Shown: piece after piece, positions 30,042 to 39,027 of the stretch | How the letters are laid out: every line of letters starts with the position of its first letter | How positions within the stretch are numbered: position 1 is the stretch's first letter | IMG/VR virus record: IMGVR_UViG_3300024259_000011 | Length of the DNA: 64,000 nt | From: a virus | Taxonomy: Duplodnaviria > Caudoviricetes | Reading direction: 5' to 3' (one strand) | Translations under genes and position numbers: made by a program | Notes under the pieces: generated by a model | The model's input: the letters and a program-made list of their open reading frames with translations, nothing else | What the model was told of the DNA's origin: nothing | Databases searched by the model: none

Positions 30042-30300
30042 TCATTCTTTCCTTAAAATCTTCTTTGTCCTCTACATGCCCTTCTTCAAACCACATAACA
30101 TCGCCATGCTTGTTTCGCAGGACGCCATAAGTTATATGGTCGGAATAAACGTGATGCTGACGAACTTCAGTTACAACGCCGAAGCCGGCATCGCGACCCA
30201 TGATACCTTCTGCATATGCTTCGTACCATCGGACAAACTGTCCAACTTCGTATTTATTCGTGCTCTTCAACGCCAGCCTCCAACTCAGTAAGCCATGCAT
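30007..30300 (-). CDS. Hypothetical protein (SH3-like)
   Basis: YEVGQFVRW pattern. Confidence 0.55.
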   Translation of the reverse strand: MHGLLSWRLALKSTNKYEVGQFVRWYEAYAEGIMGRDAGFGVVTEVRQHHVYSDHITYGVLRNKHGDVMWFEEGHVEDKEDFKERMNEQKANNSICS

Positions 30301-31552
30301 CGATGTCTAACTTCTGATCGCCGGCGAATGCCTCGCAAAACTCTGCATACTTTTGTTCAGCAGTAAAGTTGGCAAGTAGGTGCTTCTTGAGTCGAGTTGC
30401 CTGTCCCTTATAACGGGAGGAGTCTTTATACAGTGCCCGCATTTGCTTCTTCGCGCTGTCTTCCGTTGGCTCACACCACTGTGAACCTTTCACCAATACC
30501 CCTTCCCACACTACATCGTCGGGAATGTCAACCATGGTGTGTTCCACCTTAAGAAAGTGAGGTCGAAGCTTGTCGCTTTTCTTGCTGTTGCTGGGGGCAA
30601 ACAAAAAGTCCATCTGCCCACTCCACGCAGGAGCGATAACTGGAAGACCTTCGTATGCTGCCTCAAATAGCGGAAGCCCGAAACCCTCTCCGTGTGTCAA
30701 AGTGACGAGGGCATTGATCTGAGGGTGTCGATATAGAGTATGCATTTCTGCCTCAGACATGTGACCATGAACCAAGTGAATCTTGCACTTCCTATTCGGG
30801 AACTGACTCAGCGCTTCAGCCAATTGCTTCTTAACAAAGTCGCGGTCCATGTTGGAGGCATTCATATGGAAGACCTTAAGCACCAGCCCAGCATCCTCGT
30901 TGTCATTAAACTCTTCGATGAACCATTTCATCATATTAGGTACATTCTTGCGCGGACCCCACTGGGCTACGCACAGAAGGTTAAAATCTGTGCTGAACTC
31001 CAGTCCGAGATCAACTGATTCAAAACTCTTAACCGGATAGTTGACAGCAGTGACTGGGACTTGAACGCTAGCGACACCAATCTTTTCATTGGTCTGGCGA
31101 TCCATGATTGTGTATTCCGTACCTTCGTATACTTCCTTGGCATGGTTTGAGACCACAATAATGCGGTCCATATCTCGGGACTTCTCGATCCATTGAGGGG
31201 CGACCCGGGTTGTTTCAATCCCAGCGGTGTACCCGACATTGACCGGTGCGATCTTCTGCCACTCATTGGGAATGGTTACCTGCAAAGATATATCATACTC
31301 TCCGTTTTGTTGGTTGTGCTGTACCGTCTTATGCAGAATATTGTCCAGCCATTCTCGCTCTTCGTTGTCTTCATGAATCCAGCCGGTCTGACCCCAGCTA
31401 GTAGTATTCAAGTAGATATCGTATTGGTCTTCTTGTGATCGCAGAGAGCGTAAAGCAAATCGAGTTTGCTCTCCGTATCCGGACAATGTTAATGCCGGTC
31501 CAACGACTATCACCTTTGGTCTGTTATCACTCATAGCTCTGTATGCTCCCAT
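30254..31552 (-). CDS. GT4 glycosyltransferase
   Basis: SGYG, RKN, HGEGFGLPLFEA, WSGQMDF. Confidence 0.9.
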   Translation of the reverse strand: MGAYRAMSDNRPKVIVVGPALTLSGYGEQTRFALRSLRSQEDQYDIYLNTTSWGQTGWIHEDNEEREWLDNILHKTVQHNQQNGEYDISLQVTIPNEWQKIAPVNVGYTAGIETTRVAPQWIEKSRDMDRIIVVSNHAKEVYEGTEYTIMDRQTNEKIGVASVQVPVTAVNYPVKSFESVDLGLEFSTDFNLLCVAQWGPRKNVPNMMKWFIEEFNDNEDAGLVLKVFHMNASNMDRDFVKKQLAEALSQFPNRKCKIHLVHGHMSEAEMHTLYRHPQINALVTLTHGEGFGLPLFEAAYEGLPVIAPAWSGQMDFLFAPSNSKKSDKLRPHFLKVEHTMVDIPDDVVWEGVLVKGSQWCEPTEDSAKKQMRALYKDSSRYKGQATRLKKHLLANFTAEQKYAEFCEAFAGDQKLDIDAWLTELEAGVEEHE

Positions 31553-32805
31553 CCTTTATAGTTTTTGCGACCGTCTGGGTGGTTCCAAGAACCATAGTGT
31601 TCATATGCTTCTTCTAACAGGCTAACCCAGCGGTCAGTATATACCTGAAAGTTATAGTTATTGAGCGTGTGCTCTCGACCGGCTAGCCCCAACTTGGAGC
31701 GGTCTGCCGAAGACATCTCATATACCTTCTTAAGAGCCGAAACAAGCTGCTGAGAACCAATCCTGTCTTCGTAGATATAAGGTACGTCTTGGGAGCCAAT
31801 AACTGCCTTTGAAGAGGGCTCAAGCCCGATGCCAAACCAGTTTGTCCCGTCTGTAACCTGCTCCTGCAAGCCGCCGGTCATGGTGACAATGATAGGAGTA
31901 CCACAAGAAAGTGATTCCAGTGTTGCCAAGCCAAAGCCTTCTGCGTCACTAATGTTAACCGTGCAATCAGCAGCGTTATACATCATAGCTAAACGATCCG
32001 GTGAGATCTTCTGTGTGGAAAGCAGCACCTGTCCGTCAACCATACCAGTTTGGTTCATGATTGCTACCAAGTCTTGACCGTGTTGGTCGTGGGGGTCTGT
32101 GTGCATAACCAATCGAGCCTTATCGTGCCCAACATCATCTAGGAATTCCTTGAACCACCAGATAAGACTACCACTCTGCTTACGGCGGGCATTACGATTA
32201 TTCCAGAAGAACGTAACCTTGTTGTCATCCTCGCCCTCAGGGATGTTATAAAACCCATTCCGGAATTCCTTCAGGCTGTCTTGCGACATTGGAGCAAAGA
32301 TTGACCCGTCAACAGCGTGAGGAAGATACTCGGTATCTACATCGGGCGACACATTGCGTACGATTTCATCTGTAACCTTAGAGATGGTTACAACCTTATC
32401 GTTTGAATCATAGAATCGCTTATTGAACATGGGGTACGGCTTGTTGTCCCAAACATGATAATAAATCATAGGGACCAGCGGTCGGACTTCCTGCTCAATA
32501 ATCCAAAGCCACGGGAAGAAGCGTGGATCGGTCATAAACCAGAGTATATCTGGGCGCTCTGTCCGAAGAATAGAACGCACTGCGTCTGCAGTGCCGTAAC
32601 CATCCACTGGATAGATCTTCCACAAGTCTCCATACTGTTCTGTCTTCTGCGGCTTGTGATCCGGATGCTTGATAGCGCCGCCCAAACTGACAACTTCAAA
32701 TTTGCCAGACTGGAGCAGCGCTTCAATCATATATTTGGTCTGAGTCCCTACACCCGAAGGTGATAAAGGGTGATCAGAGATTGTTAATACTTTGATTTTT
32801 CTCAC
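31531..32805 (-). CDS. GT4 glycosyltransferase
   Basis: SGVG, NRNARRK, AEGFGLATLESLSCGTP. Confidence 0.92.
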   Translation of the reverse strand: MRKIKVLTISDHPLSPSGVGTQTKYMIEALLQSGKFEVVSLGGAIKHPDHKPQKTEQYGDLWKIYPVDGYGTADAVRSILRTERPDILWFMTDPRFFPWLWIIEQEVRPLVPMIYYHVWDNKPYPMFNKRFYDSNDKVVTISKVTDEIVRNVSPDVDTEYLPHAVDGSIFAPMSQDSLKEFRNGFYNIPEGEDDNKVTFFWNNRNARRKQSGSLIWWFKEFLDDVGHDKARLVMHTDPHDQHGQDLVAIMNQTGMVDGQVLLSTQKISPDRLAMMYNAADCTVNISDAEGFGLATLESLSCGTPIIVTMTGGLQEQVTDGTNWFGIGLEPSSKAVIGSQDVPYIYEDRIGSQQLVSALKKVYEMSSADRSKLGLAGREHTLNNYNFQVYTDRWVSLLEEAYEHYGSWNHPDGRKNYKGWEHTEL

Positions 32806-32820
32806 TTAGTTTTTTTCCTT

Positions 32821-33579
32821 TTACGGACAATCTGCAGTTTTATAGAATGCACACCGTTGACACGACAAGCGATTCTTGATGTAGTTGCCCTTGATAATAT
32901 TTTCTAATGCTCGGTGCAATAGCCCCAATGCATTTTCGGTCTTCTTAGGACCGCTCGTAACTCTAAAAATCTCAACCCTGTTCTTCTTAGCGGTTCGCTT
33001 AAGAAGCGCAAAGTGAGTCTCAATTAACTTTGGGTCAATCCCGTGCTTAATCGCATAGAAGTGCTTGTACAAAGTCAACTGATATGTGGTCATGGGCTCG
33101 CTTCGGCGTTGGGCATTCCAACCCCACGAACATGACTTCCAATCCATGATGTGATACTTGCCATCGCTGGTCTTAAGTACCGCATCGATGAACCCCTTGA
33201 AGTTAAGGTCGTAGCCGTCGATAGGCTCCATTAGCTGCTCCTCGGTAGAAACAACCTCGTACTCTTCAAAGTAGTCTCCCAAGGCATCGTCGATCTCGGG
33301 AATGATTTGCTTCCCTTGACTTGCCATGTTAACAACAAGTTTCTTATCGACTTTAATATCATCGTCAAGACTTGCAATGTTCTTCTTGAGTTCTTCTATA
33401 AATAGTTCATCGCTTACAGCCTCCTGAAGCAGCTTCTTCTCACAGATAGTGTGAATAGCAGTTCCAAATGCAGTAAACTCATTACCCTTAAAGCCCTTTA
33501 GCTTGTCGATATGGACAAGCTTGTGATAAAAGGCGCAGGTATTCCAATTTTTTAGTTCAGAGTACGAAATGTGACTCAT
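32821..33579 (-). CDS. PD-(D/E)XK (RecB-like) nuclease
   Basis: ISYSEL, FGTAIH, GFIDAV, DWKS, QLTLY, terminal CQRCAF..C. Confidence 0.88.
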   Translation of the reverse strand: MSHISYSELKNWNTCAFYHKLVHIDKLKGFKGNEFTAFGTAIHTICEKKLLQEAVSDELFIEELKKNIASLDDDIKVDKKLVVNMASQGKQIIPEIDDALGDYFEEYEVVSTEEQLMEPIDGYDLNFKGFIDAVLKTSDGKYHIMDWKSCSWGWNAQRRSEPMTTYQLTLYKHFYAIKHGIDPKLIETHFALLKRTAKKNRVEIFRVTSGPKKTENALGLLHRALENIIKGNYIKNRLSCQRCAFYKTADCP

Positions 33580-33586
33580 GATAACC

Positions 33587-33919
33587 TCAGCTATCAGTTG
33601 TTTTTGGGGTTGCTTTCTTAGTAGCAGTCTTCTTAGCAGTAGTCTTCTTAGCAGTGCTCTTGGCAGGTGCCTCAAAGAGCCATTCGCCAGTGCTGTTACC
33701 GCCCTTCCCTTCGCGGGAAACCCAGTTTGTCAGCCGGGTGCCACCCTTAACCAGTTCATATGTACCAAAACCATTATCTCTAATGATGTTGATCGCTGCT
33801 TGGTCATCCATTTCTAAAATGGGGTCGCGAGCCTTTACTCGTTTGGGTAGTTCCACTGCAAGCGTAATGTGCTGCTTGTCTTTACTCACTTTAATATCAT
33901 AGGCATAGTTAGTAGCCAT
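33587..33919 (-). CDS. Hypothetical protein with Lys/Ala/Thr-rich tail
   Basis: Start MATNYAY; C-terminal AKKTTAKKTATKK. Confidence 0.7.
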   Translation of the reverse strand: MATNYAYDIKVSKDKQHITLAVELPKRVKARDPILEMDDQAAINIIRDNGFGTYELVKGGTRLTNWVSREGKGGNSTGEWLFEAPAKSTAKKTTAKKTATKKATPKTTDS

Positions 33920-34721
33920 CGTTAATCCATCCTTGTTCTTCTTCTTCCATTTCGTCCTCAGGTTGGAATTGACCTGCTTGTATGATCTCCATGATTTTAC
34001 TATGGAGAGCGGGACATGTTTTTTTAATATATTTCGGATCTTCACCCGAAAAAATCGCCTCAAACCCATTTGCCCAATATTCAGATAAAGAGGTTGCGGC
34101 ATATGGCGACAGATACAAGCCCGTAACCAGATGTCTTAGTTTATCATATCCTACAGTTTTATACAAGAACTTATCGAACTTTTTATCATAATCCGGGTTG
34201 ATGTAGTCATACATAGATAGATTTTTAATGCCGTGTGCGTTCAGAGTGCTGTACAGTACGCGGCGCTTATTGATGAATTCTGTTTCTACCAGACCATCTC
34301 CAAAGATTTCCATTCCGAAGTTCTTCTCAACCGCATGAGCGACCTCATGAACTACATCATCAAACATATCTTCTTCGCTTTTTTGGTCGTTTGTCAAGTA
34401 AATGGCACCGTCTTCATATACTGCGTCTAAATCTCTAGCTTTAAGCATTTGAAACTCGCCAATAATGACCGCATCAATATCCTGCATCAACGATGCTGGG
34501 AGGACTTGCTCAATCTTTGTCAATACGCCCTCAATATCAAAACCCTTTGGTAGAGAGTCTTTAATGTATACGTCAATATGATTATGCAGTTTAGTCTGTG
34601 CAGCCTTGGTTTCGTTTAGAAACGAAGAAGAACTAGAAAGCTTTATATATTCACGCAGACCATCAGGGTACTTTGTCGTCATTTTCTGTTGTGGTTGCCC
34701 CGGGAGAGATTTCAATCTCAC
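33909..34721 (-). CDS. Putative zincin-like metallopeptidase
   Basis: HEVAH plus downstream EYWA. Confidence 0.6.
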   Translation of the reverse strand: MRLKSLPGQPQQKMTTKYPDGLREYIKLSSSSSFLNETKAAQTKLHNHIDVYIKDSLPKGFDIEGVLTKIEQVLPASLMQDIDAVIIGEFQMLKARDLDAVYEDGAIYLTNDQKSEEDMFDDVVHEVAHAVEKNFGMEIFGDGLVETEFINKRRVLYSTLNAHGIKNLSMYDYINPDYDKKFDKFLYKTVGYDKLRHLVTGLYLSPYAATSLSEYWANGFEAIFSGEDPKYIKKTCPALHSKIMEIIQAGQFQPEDEMEEEEQGWINDGY

Positions 34722-35040
34722 CCGAGTTTATCAAGTCCAATCCTTTCTCTGCATCATGAAGTGCTTGAGCATATCCGCGCATCCAGTTCTCTTCTGCTAA
34801 CGCCAAAAGAAACTCTGGAAACTCAATACTCATTGCATGAATAATCATTTCTGTTGTAACGTTGCCGTCTGTGGGGTTAAGAATGTCACCGACATAACCC
34901 ACAAGCCACTCCTTCATCGGATTAACCTTTTCAACCGTCGCTGTCATTTCCGGACTCGGCGCGAGTGCATCCGGTGGAAGTTCTGCTTGCGCATCCCCCG
35001 TATCTACCATTCCATTTGTTAGCCATTTGATTTCAGCCAT
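34663..35040 (-). CDS. Hypothetical protein
   Basis: GGAG SD and a consensus promoter upstream. Confidence 0.8.
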   Translation of the reverse strand: MAEIKWLTNGMVDTGDAQAELPPDALAPSPEMTATVEKVNPMKEWLVGYVGDILNPTDGNVTTEMIIHAMSIEFPEFLLALAEENWMRGYAQALHDAEKGLDLINSGEIEISPGATTTENDDKVP

Positions 35041-35064
35041 TTTGCTTTTCTCCTAAACATCTAT

Positions 35065-35093
35065 ATTATAACCACATTTGTGTGGTTTGTCAA
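35065..35093 (-). promoter_or_regulatory. Sigma70-type promoter with palindromic spacer
   Basis: TTGACA-17nt-TATAAT exact consensus; an AACCACA/TGTGGTT inverted repeat spans the spacer. Confidence 0.88.
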
Positions 35094-35101
35094 CTGTTTT
35101 T

Positions 35102-36484
35102 TTATAAAATCTTTGCAGCGAGTGTCGCTACTCTTGATCGTTCGCCCTTTGTGAGCGTAATATGCCCTGCAATCGCATGGGACTTAAACTTTTCTACTGC
35201 ATATGCCAAGCCATTCGTTGTCTCGTCAATATGCATATTATCGATTTGCTCGATATCGCCAGTTAGGACAATCTTAGTGTTGTCACCGACGCGGGTAATG
35301 ATTGTCTTGAGTTCGTGAACCGACAAGTTCTGCGCCTCATCAATAATAATGAATGCGTTTGCAATCGAGCGTCCACGGATATAGGTTAATGCTTCAATCT
35401 CAATCTTGCCACTTTCAATGTATGTCTCAAGAGTAAGTTTGTCATTGCCCATCAGAAACTGTAAGTTGTCCTGAATGGGAGCAAGCCATGGAGTCATCTT
35501 CTCTTCCAAAGAACCCGGGAGGAATCCAATGTCTTTCCCGAGAGGCTGTACGGGGCGAGAGACAATCAGCTTCTTATATGGGTTTTCCCGGCGTCCAGCG
35601 CCTGCTCCGTCCATTCCGATTGTCTGTTCGATACCTGCGGCGATAGCACACAGAGTCTTCCCTGAACCAGCCTTACCGACCAATGTAATGATAGGGATAT
35701 CCGGATTCATCAACATGTCAAGAGCGAATGCCTGTTCTTTGTTTCGGGCGTTGACCCCCCAGACTCCGTTTTTGTAACGTACGACTGGCTTAATCGGTGT
35801 CAGTTCGTTTACATACTTGCACAAAGCAGTCTTCTTTTCATTCGCGCTGGATACCAACATAACATATTGGTTTGCCATAAACTTGAGCTTCTTTTCTTCT
35901 TGATCCAATATGATCTCATCGCCATCATAAAAACGATCAATCATTTCTTCATCGACCAAGTGTTCTGCAAATCCAGAATAAAGTTTGTCGCGATCTTCGA
36001 CAACGTTATTAACAGATTTGTAGCCTGCGCAGCGCAAACCAACAGAATCGCTAATGACTCTCATGTTAATATCGTTTGAGACCAGCACAACCTGTCGCTT
36101 GGGATTTTTTTGTTGCTCAGCCATGGCACATGCAATAATGATATGGTCTGGTACAGTGGGGTCTAGGTCTTGCGGTAGAATGCCTATGTTCGTTGATGAA
36201 TATCCACGAACATGTAACAAGCCTTTGCCCCGTCCGAGGCGTACGCCCTCCAGCAAGCTCTTCTTTTCTCGTAGCCCATCCAACATTCGGATGACGCGAC
36301 GAGCGTTAGCGCCTACTGTGTCTTGACGTTTCTTATGCTTGTCAATCTCTTCCAATACCTTCAGGGGCAAAACGATATCGTTATTACCATAAGAGAGAAG
36401 AGCGTTAGCGTCTGTTAGAAGTACGCTGGTATCTAGTACTTGAATCTTTTTAGCGGTCATACTGCCTTTCTGTTGTTGTCTCAT
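35102..36484 (-). CDS. phoH: PhoH-family protein (PIN + PhoH ATPase)
   Basis: VLDTSVLL (PIN), GKAGSGKT, IGFLPG, YIRGRSI, IIDEAQN, GDIEQID. Confidence 0.95.
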   Translation of the reverse strand: MRQQQKGSMTAKKIQVLDTSVLLTDANALLSYGNNDIVLPLKVLEEIDKHKKRQDTVGANARRVIRMLDGLREKKSLLEGVRLGRGKGLLHVRGYSSTNIGILPQDLDPTVPDHIIIACAMAEQQKNPKRQVVLVSNDINMRVISDSVGLRCAGYKSVNNVVEDRDKLYSGFAEHLVDEEMIDRFYDGDEIILDQEEKKLKFMANQYVMLVSSANEKKTALCKYVNELTPIKPVVRYKNGVWGVNARNKEQAFALDMLMNPDIPIITLVGKAGSGKTLCAIAAGIEQTIGMDGAGAGRRENPYKKLIVSRPVQPLGKDIGFLPGSLEEKMTPWLAPIQDNLQFLMGNDKLTLETYIESGKIEIEALTYIRGRSIANAFIIIDEAQNLSVHELKTIITRVGDNTKIVLTGDIEQIDNMHIDETTNGLAYAVEKFKSHAIAGHITLTKGERSRVATLAAKIL

Positions 36485-36493
36485 ACATAATTA

Positions 36494-36763
36494 TCACCTT
36501 CTTCGTTTTTTTGGTATTTTACCATAGCTTGTACCAAAAATAGCTGCAAATGCTGCATATATCCTCATAAATAATGAAGGCTTTATATACATTACGCCTT
36601 TCCCTGCTCGTTTCTGTGCTTTCTTATACTCTATCGGTGTTAATGCCAAGTTTTCCACAGTGCCATCATCAGTAACGACTGTTACTCTATAGTATGATAA
36701 CTTCTGCGGACGTTGTTTTAAAATTTTTGGAGTCAAATATTCTACTTTTCCTATAAATCTCAT
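36494..36763 (-). CDS. Hypothetical protein
   Basis: GGAGG SD and an ACTATTTA motif upstream. Confidence 0.7.
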   Translation of the reverse strand: MRFIGKVEYLTPKILKQRPQKLSYYRVTVVTDDGTVENLALTPIEYKKAQKRAGKGVMYIKPSLFMRIYAAFAAIFGTSYGKIPKKRRR

Positions 36764-36799
36764 TCATAACAACCTCCCATGGGTCACAAATGTGCGTTA

Positions 36800-36807
36800 T
36801 AAATAGT
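36800..36807 (-). promoter_or_regulatory. Candidate phage late-promoter motif ACTATTTA
   Basis: The same or near-identical motif recurs upstream of starts at 38914, 40259, 46882, 50901, 56468, 57116, 61436 and 61835. Confidence 0.6.
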
Positions 36808-36998
36808 CAGCTAACCGGACTTATTACCCTCAATTGTGTTGATCTCCACCAGCCAATCGGATTTGTTTCTGTTGACCATAGTACCTTCACATCGACATGG
36901 GGCGGAGTTGCCTGTTCTAATGTTTCAAGAACGACACCGATAGCTGTTATGTCACGTTCCTCATCGTATAGATGAACAACCAGATCACCGACTTTCAT
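36807..36998 (-). CDS. Small SH3-like hypothetical protein
   Basis: MKVGDLV...GVVLE pattern. Confidence 0.7.
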   Translation of the reverse strand: MKVGDLVVHLYDEERDITAIGVVLETLEQATPPHVDVKVLWSTETNPIGWWRSTQLRVISPVS

Positions 36999-37482
36999 TT
37001 TCCAGCATCTCCTCGATCAGACTAATATAAATAGCTTCCTCGCCGGCGATATAGCCAGTATGAATGTGAACAATGCGTCCTTGCCGATCAATGATAACAG
37101 TGTATGGGATGGCTTTCGATGGATTATACTGTGCAACCACACTGGTGTCCTTATCCAATAAGGTCGTGAACTCATATTTGCGCGCCTTTACATAAGCCTT
37201 CGCTTTAGAACTTGCTCTTGCCGCGTCAATACTTATAGCAACTACTTCCACGCCCCTATCGGCGTATGTTTTATCAATAGCATTAAGGTGTGGAAGTTCA
37301 GTGGCACATGGTCCGCACCACGTAGCCCAAAAGTTTAGTACTATGATCTCGCCACGGTGCTCTGACAACCTATATAGGGTGCCATTGATATCTCTCAAAG
37401 AGAAGTCGGTAGCAAGAGGGTTGGTGCCGTGAGCCGCTAATGGCATTGCAAACAACAAAAATGATAATAGAAACTTCTTCAT
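36985..37482 (-). CDS. Exported TlpA-like thioredoxin (redoxin)
   Basis: Signal peptide; NFWATWCGPC; IPYTVIID. Confidence 0.93.
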   Translation of the reverse strand: MKKFLLSFLLFAMPLAAHGTNPLATDFSLRDINGTLYRLSEHRGEIIVLNFWATWCGPCATELPHLNAIDKTYADRGVEVVAISIDAARASSKAKAYVKARKYEFTTLLDKDTSVVAQYNPSKAIPYTVIIDRQGRIVHIHTGYIAGEEAIYISLIEEMLENESR

Positions 37483-37489
37483 AATTCTC

Positions 37490-37588
37490 CTACTTCTTCT
37501 TGCCGCGTGCCTTGCGACGGTTGGAACGCTTCTTAGAGCCGACCTTACGCCGGCGCCTTGACTTTTTATGTTTTGCTTTGTAGCTCAT
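37490..37588 (-). CDS. 32-aa Lys/Arg-rich peptide
   Basis: MSYKAKHKKSRRRRKVGSKKRSNRRKARGKKK; GAGGT SD and a consensus promoter upstream. Confidence 0.7.
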   Translation of the reverse strand: MSYKAKHKKSRRRRKVGSKKRSNRRKARGKKK

Positions 37589-37844
37589 TATTCTCTACCT
37601 CTATTATACAACCATCGTGAACAAATGTCAAGTCCCCAACCCTAAGCGGAATCGACCATTCTTTGCGGAGGACAACTAACTCTTCTTCGTACAATGTCTC
37701 AGCCATCCACCCACCATAGCCGCCCCAGCTACCGTCGCGGGGTACATATTCATATGTCTTAAGCTTTACATGGATATATGGGATTGAATCCCCTGCGATA
37801 GACTTGACTAATACAATATCGTTCTCTTTGTGCTTTGGTTTCAT
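37566..37844 (-). CDS. Hypothetical protein
   Basis: In-operon ORF. Confidence 0.7.
   Translation of the reverse strand: MKPKHKENDIVLVKSIAGDSIPYIHVKLKTYEYVPRDGSWGGYGGWMAETLYEEELVVLRKEWSIPLRVGDLTFVHDGCIIEVENNELQSKT
37603..37631 (-). promoter_or_regulatory. Sigma70-type promoter
   Basis: TTGACA-17nt-TATAAT exact consensus, upstream of the basic peptide. Confidence 0.85.
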
Positions 37845-37853
37845 TATAACATA

Positions 37854-38624
37854 TCAGATTGGCGCCATGAATGACCCTATGCGGATCCACCCGAGGCTGG
37901 CTCCAATGCACTGAAGTACTACCGCGTCGAGGTTTGCTAAAGTCAAGTCACCGGCAACATTATCTATGTTTTTACCGTTACGTGAAATCGTCAGCATGTT
38001 ATTGGCGCCGTTGCTGCCTGAATCCATTCTCTTAATCGTATATATTCTACCAGCCATGGCGTCTGTCGCAGATGGCAATGTAAGAGTAAATGCTGATGAG
38101 TTGCAATCTGCGACAATACAAAAGTCAGTTGCGGTTATTGTGTAAGCGCTTGTCCGTAAAGTTCCAGTTGGAAATGATACTGACGATGCTACATGTAAAC
38201 CAGAGCCCGGGGTACTTGTTCCAATCCCGACTGCTCCATTCACTCCATCAACATGAATATATGCATTATAATTTGCTCTGACAGTGAGAGATTCAGTTCC
38301 TGCAGATGCGTTTCCCTTGATCGATACAGAGCTGTCTCCCCAAAGTACACCACGATCATTGTCACAATAAAAACTGTTAGCCTCAACTCTGACGCCACCT
38401 CCCTTAAAATTAAAGAAGTTCCAAGAGGCGGGGGAGCCGGCTGTGGAGGCGTTTCCAAACGCAATACCACCGTCAGCATTTATTACAAGCCGCTGGGTGC
38501 CGGCTGTGTCAAAGCGAATCTTGTCTTCATCACTGGATTCTTCTACTTGAACTTTGGTGTCGCCATCGGCATCTTCCAAGGTGTCTTCTTTCCCTTGACT
38601 TGGGTTTATCTTGGTAGTCGCCAT
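37854..38624 (-). CDS. Tail-fibre/decoration-like structural protein
   Basis: DADGDTKVQVEESSDEDKIRFDTAG segment, GIGTSTPGSGLHV repeat, C-terminal TLTLP..G..Y.IK module; all are typical of phage fibre proteins. Confidence 0.65.
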   Translation of the reverse strand: MATTKINPSQGKEDTLEDADGDTKVQVEESSDEDKIRFDTAGTQRLVINADGGIAFGNASTAGSPASWNFFNFKGGGVRVEANSFYCDNDRGVLWGDSSVSIKGNASAGTESLTVRANYNAYIHVDGVNGAVGIGTSTPGSGLHVASSVSFPTGTLRTSAYTITATDFCIVADCNSSAFTLTLPSATDAMAGRIYTIKRMDSGSNGANNMLTISRNGKNIDNVAGDLTLANLDAVVLQCIGASLGWIRIGSFMAPI

Positions 38625-38806
38625 TACTTGCTTACCTTAAAGCTGCTTGACGGTTCTGCATGCAGCAGGATTTCTCGATTAGGAGTCCAACTTGAGACCT
38701 CCAGATACTTCGCCTTTGCCTCTTCTTTATTAGATGCCATAATCGCGCCTAAGTCGCGATACTTTTTGGTCTTTCTGTTGTATTCTTGAATAATATAATT
38801 TTCCAT
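38624..38806 (-). CDS. Hypothetical protein
   Basis: Start MENYIIQE after a GGAG SD, just downstream of tRNA-Asn. Confidence 0.7.
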   Translation of the reverse strand: MENYIIQEYNRKTKKYRDLGAIMASNKEEAKAKYLEVSSWTPNREILLHAEPSSSFKVSK

Positions 38807-38820
38807 GATATCTCCTTCAA

Positions 38821-38897
38821 TGGCTGGGGCGGCAGGACTCGAACCTGCAACCTCCCGGGTAACAACCGGGTGTCCGTGCCTGTCGGACCTCACCCCA
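38821..38897 (-). tRNA. trnN: tRNA-Asn(GTT), non-canonical D-arm
   Basis: 7-bp acceptor stem with U1-A72, anticodon stem CCCGG/CCGGG, loop TTGTTAC, T-loop TTCGAGT, encoded CCA. Confidence 0.85.
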
Positions 38898-38942
38898 CTA
38901 TTTAGTTCTATAGTAAATAGTTTGCTTTTCTGTGTTCTCCTG

Positions 38943-39018
38943 TGGTGGGTCAACTGGGGCTTGAACCCAGAACCTACGGGTTAAAAGCCCGGTGCTCTAC
39001 CAATTGAGCTATTGACCC
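38943..39018 (-). tRNA. trnK: tRNA-Lys(TTT)
   Basis: GGGTCAATAGCTCAATTGGTAGAGC...CTTTTAA...TTCAAGC...ACCA cloverleaf. Confidence 0.95.
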
Positions 39019-39027
39019 ATAAAAAAT

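Noticed and set aside
32821-33579. Cas4 / CRISPR system
   Set aside because: It is a PD-(D/E)XK nuclease, but no repeat-spacer array or other cas gene is visible in the window.
38624-38953. ORF-track call of 109 aa
   Set aside because: The 5' extension runs through tRNA-Asn; the real start is at 38806.
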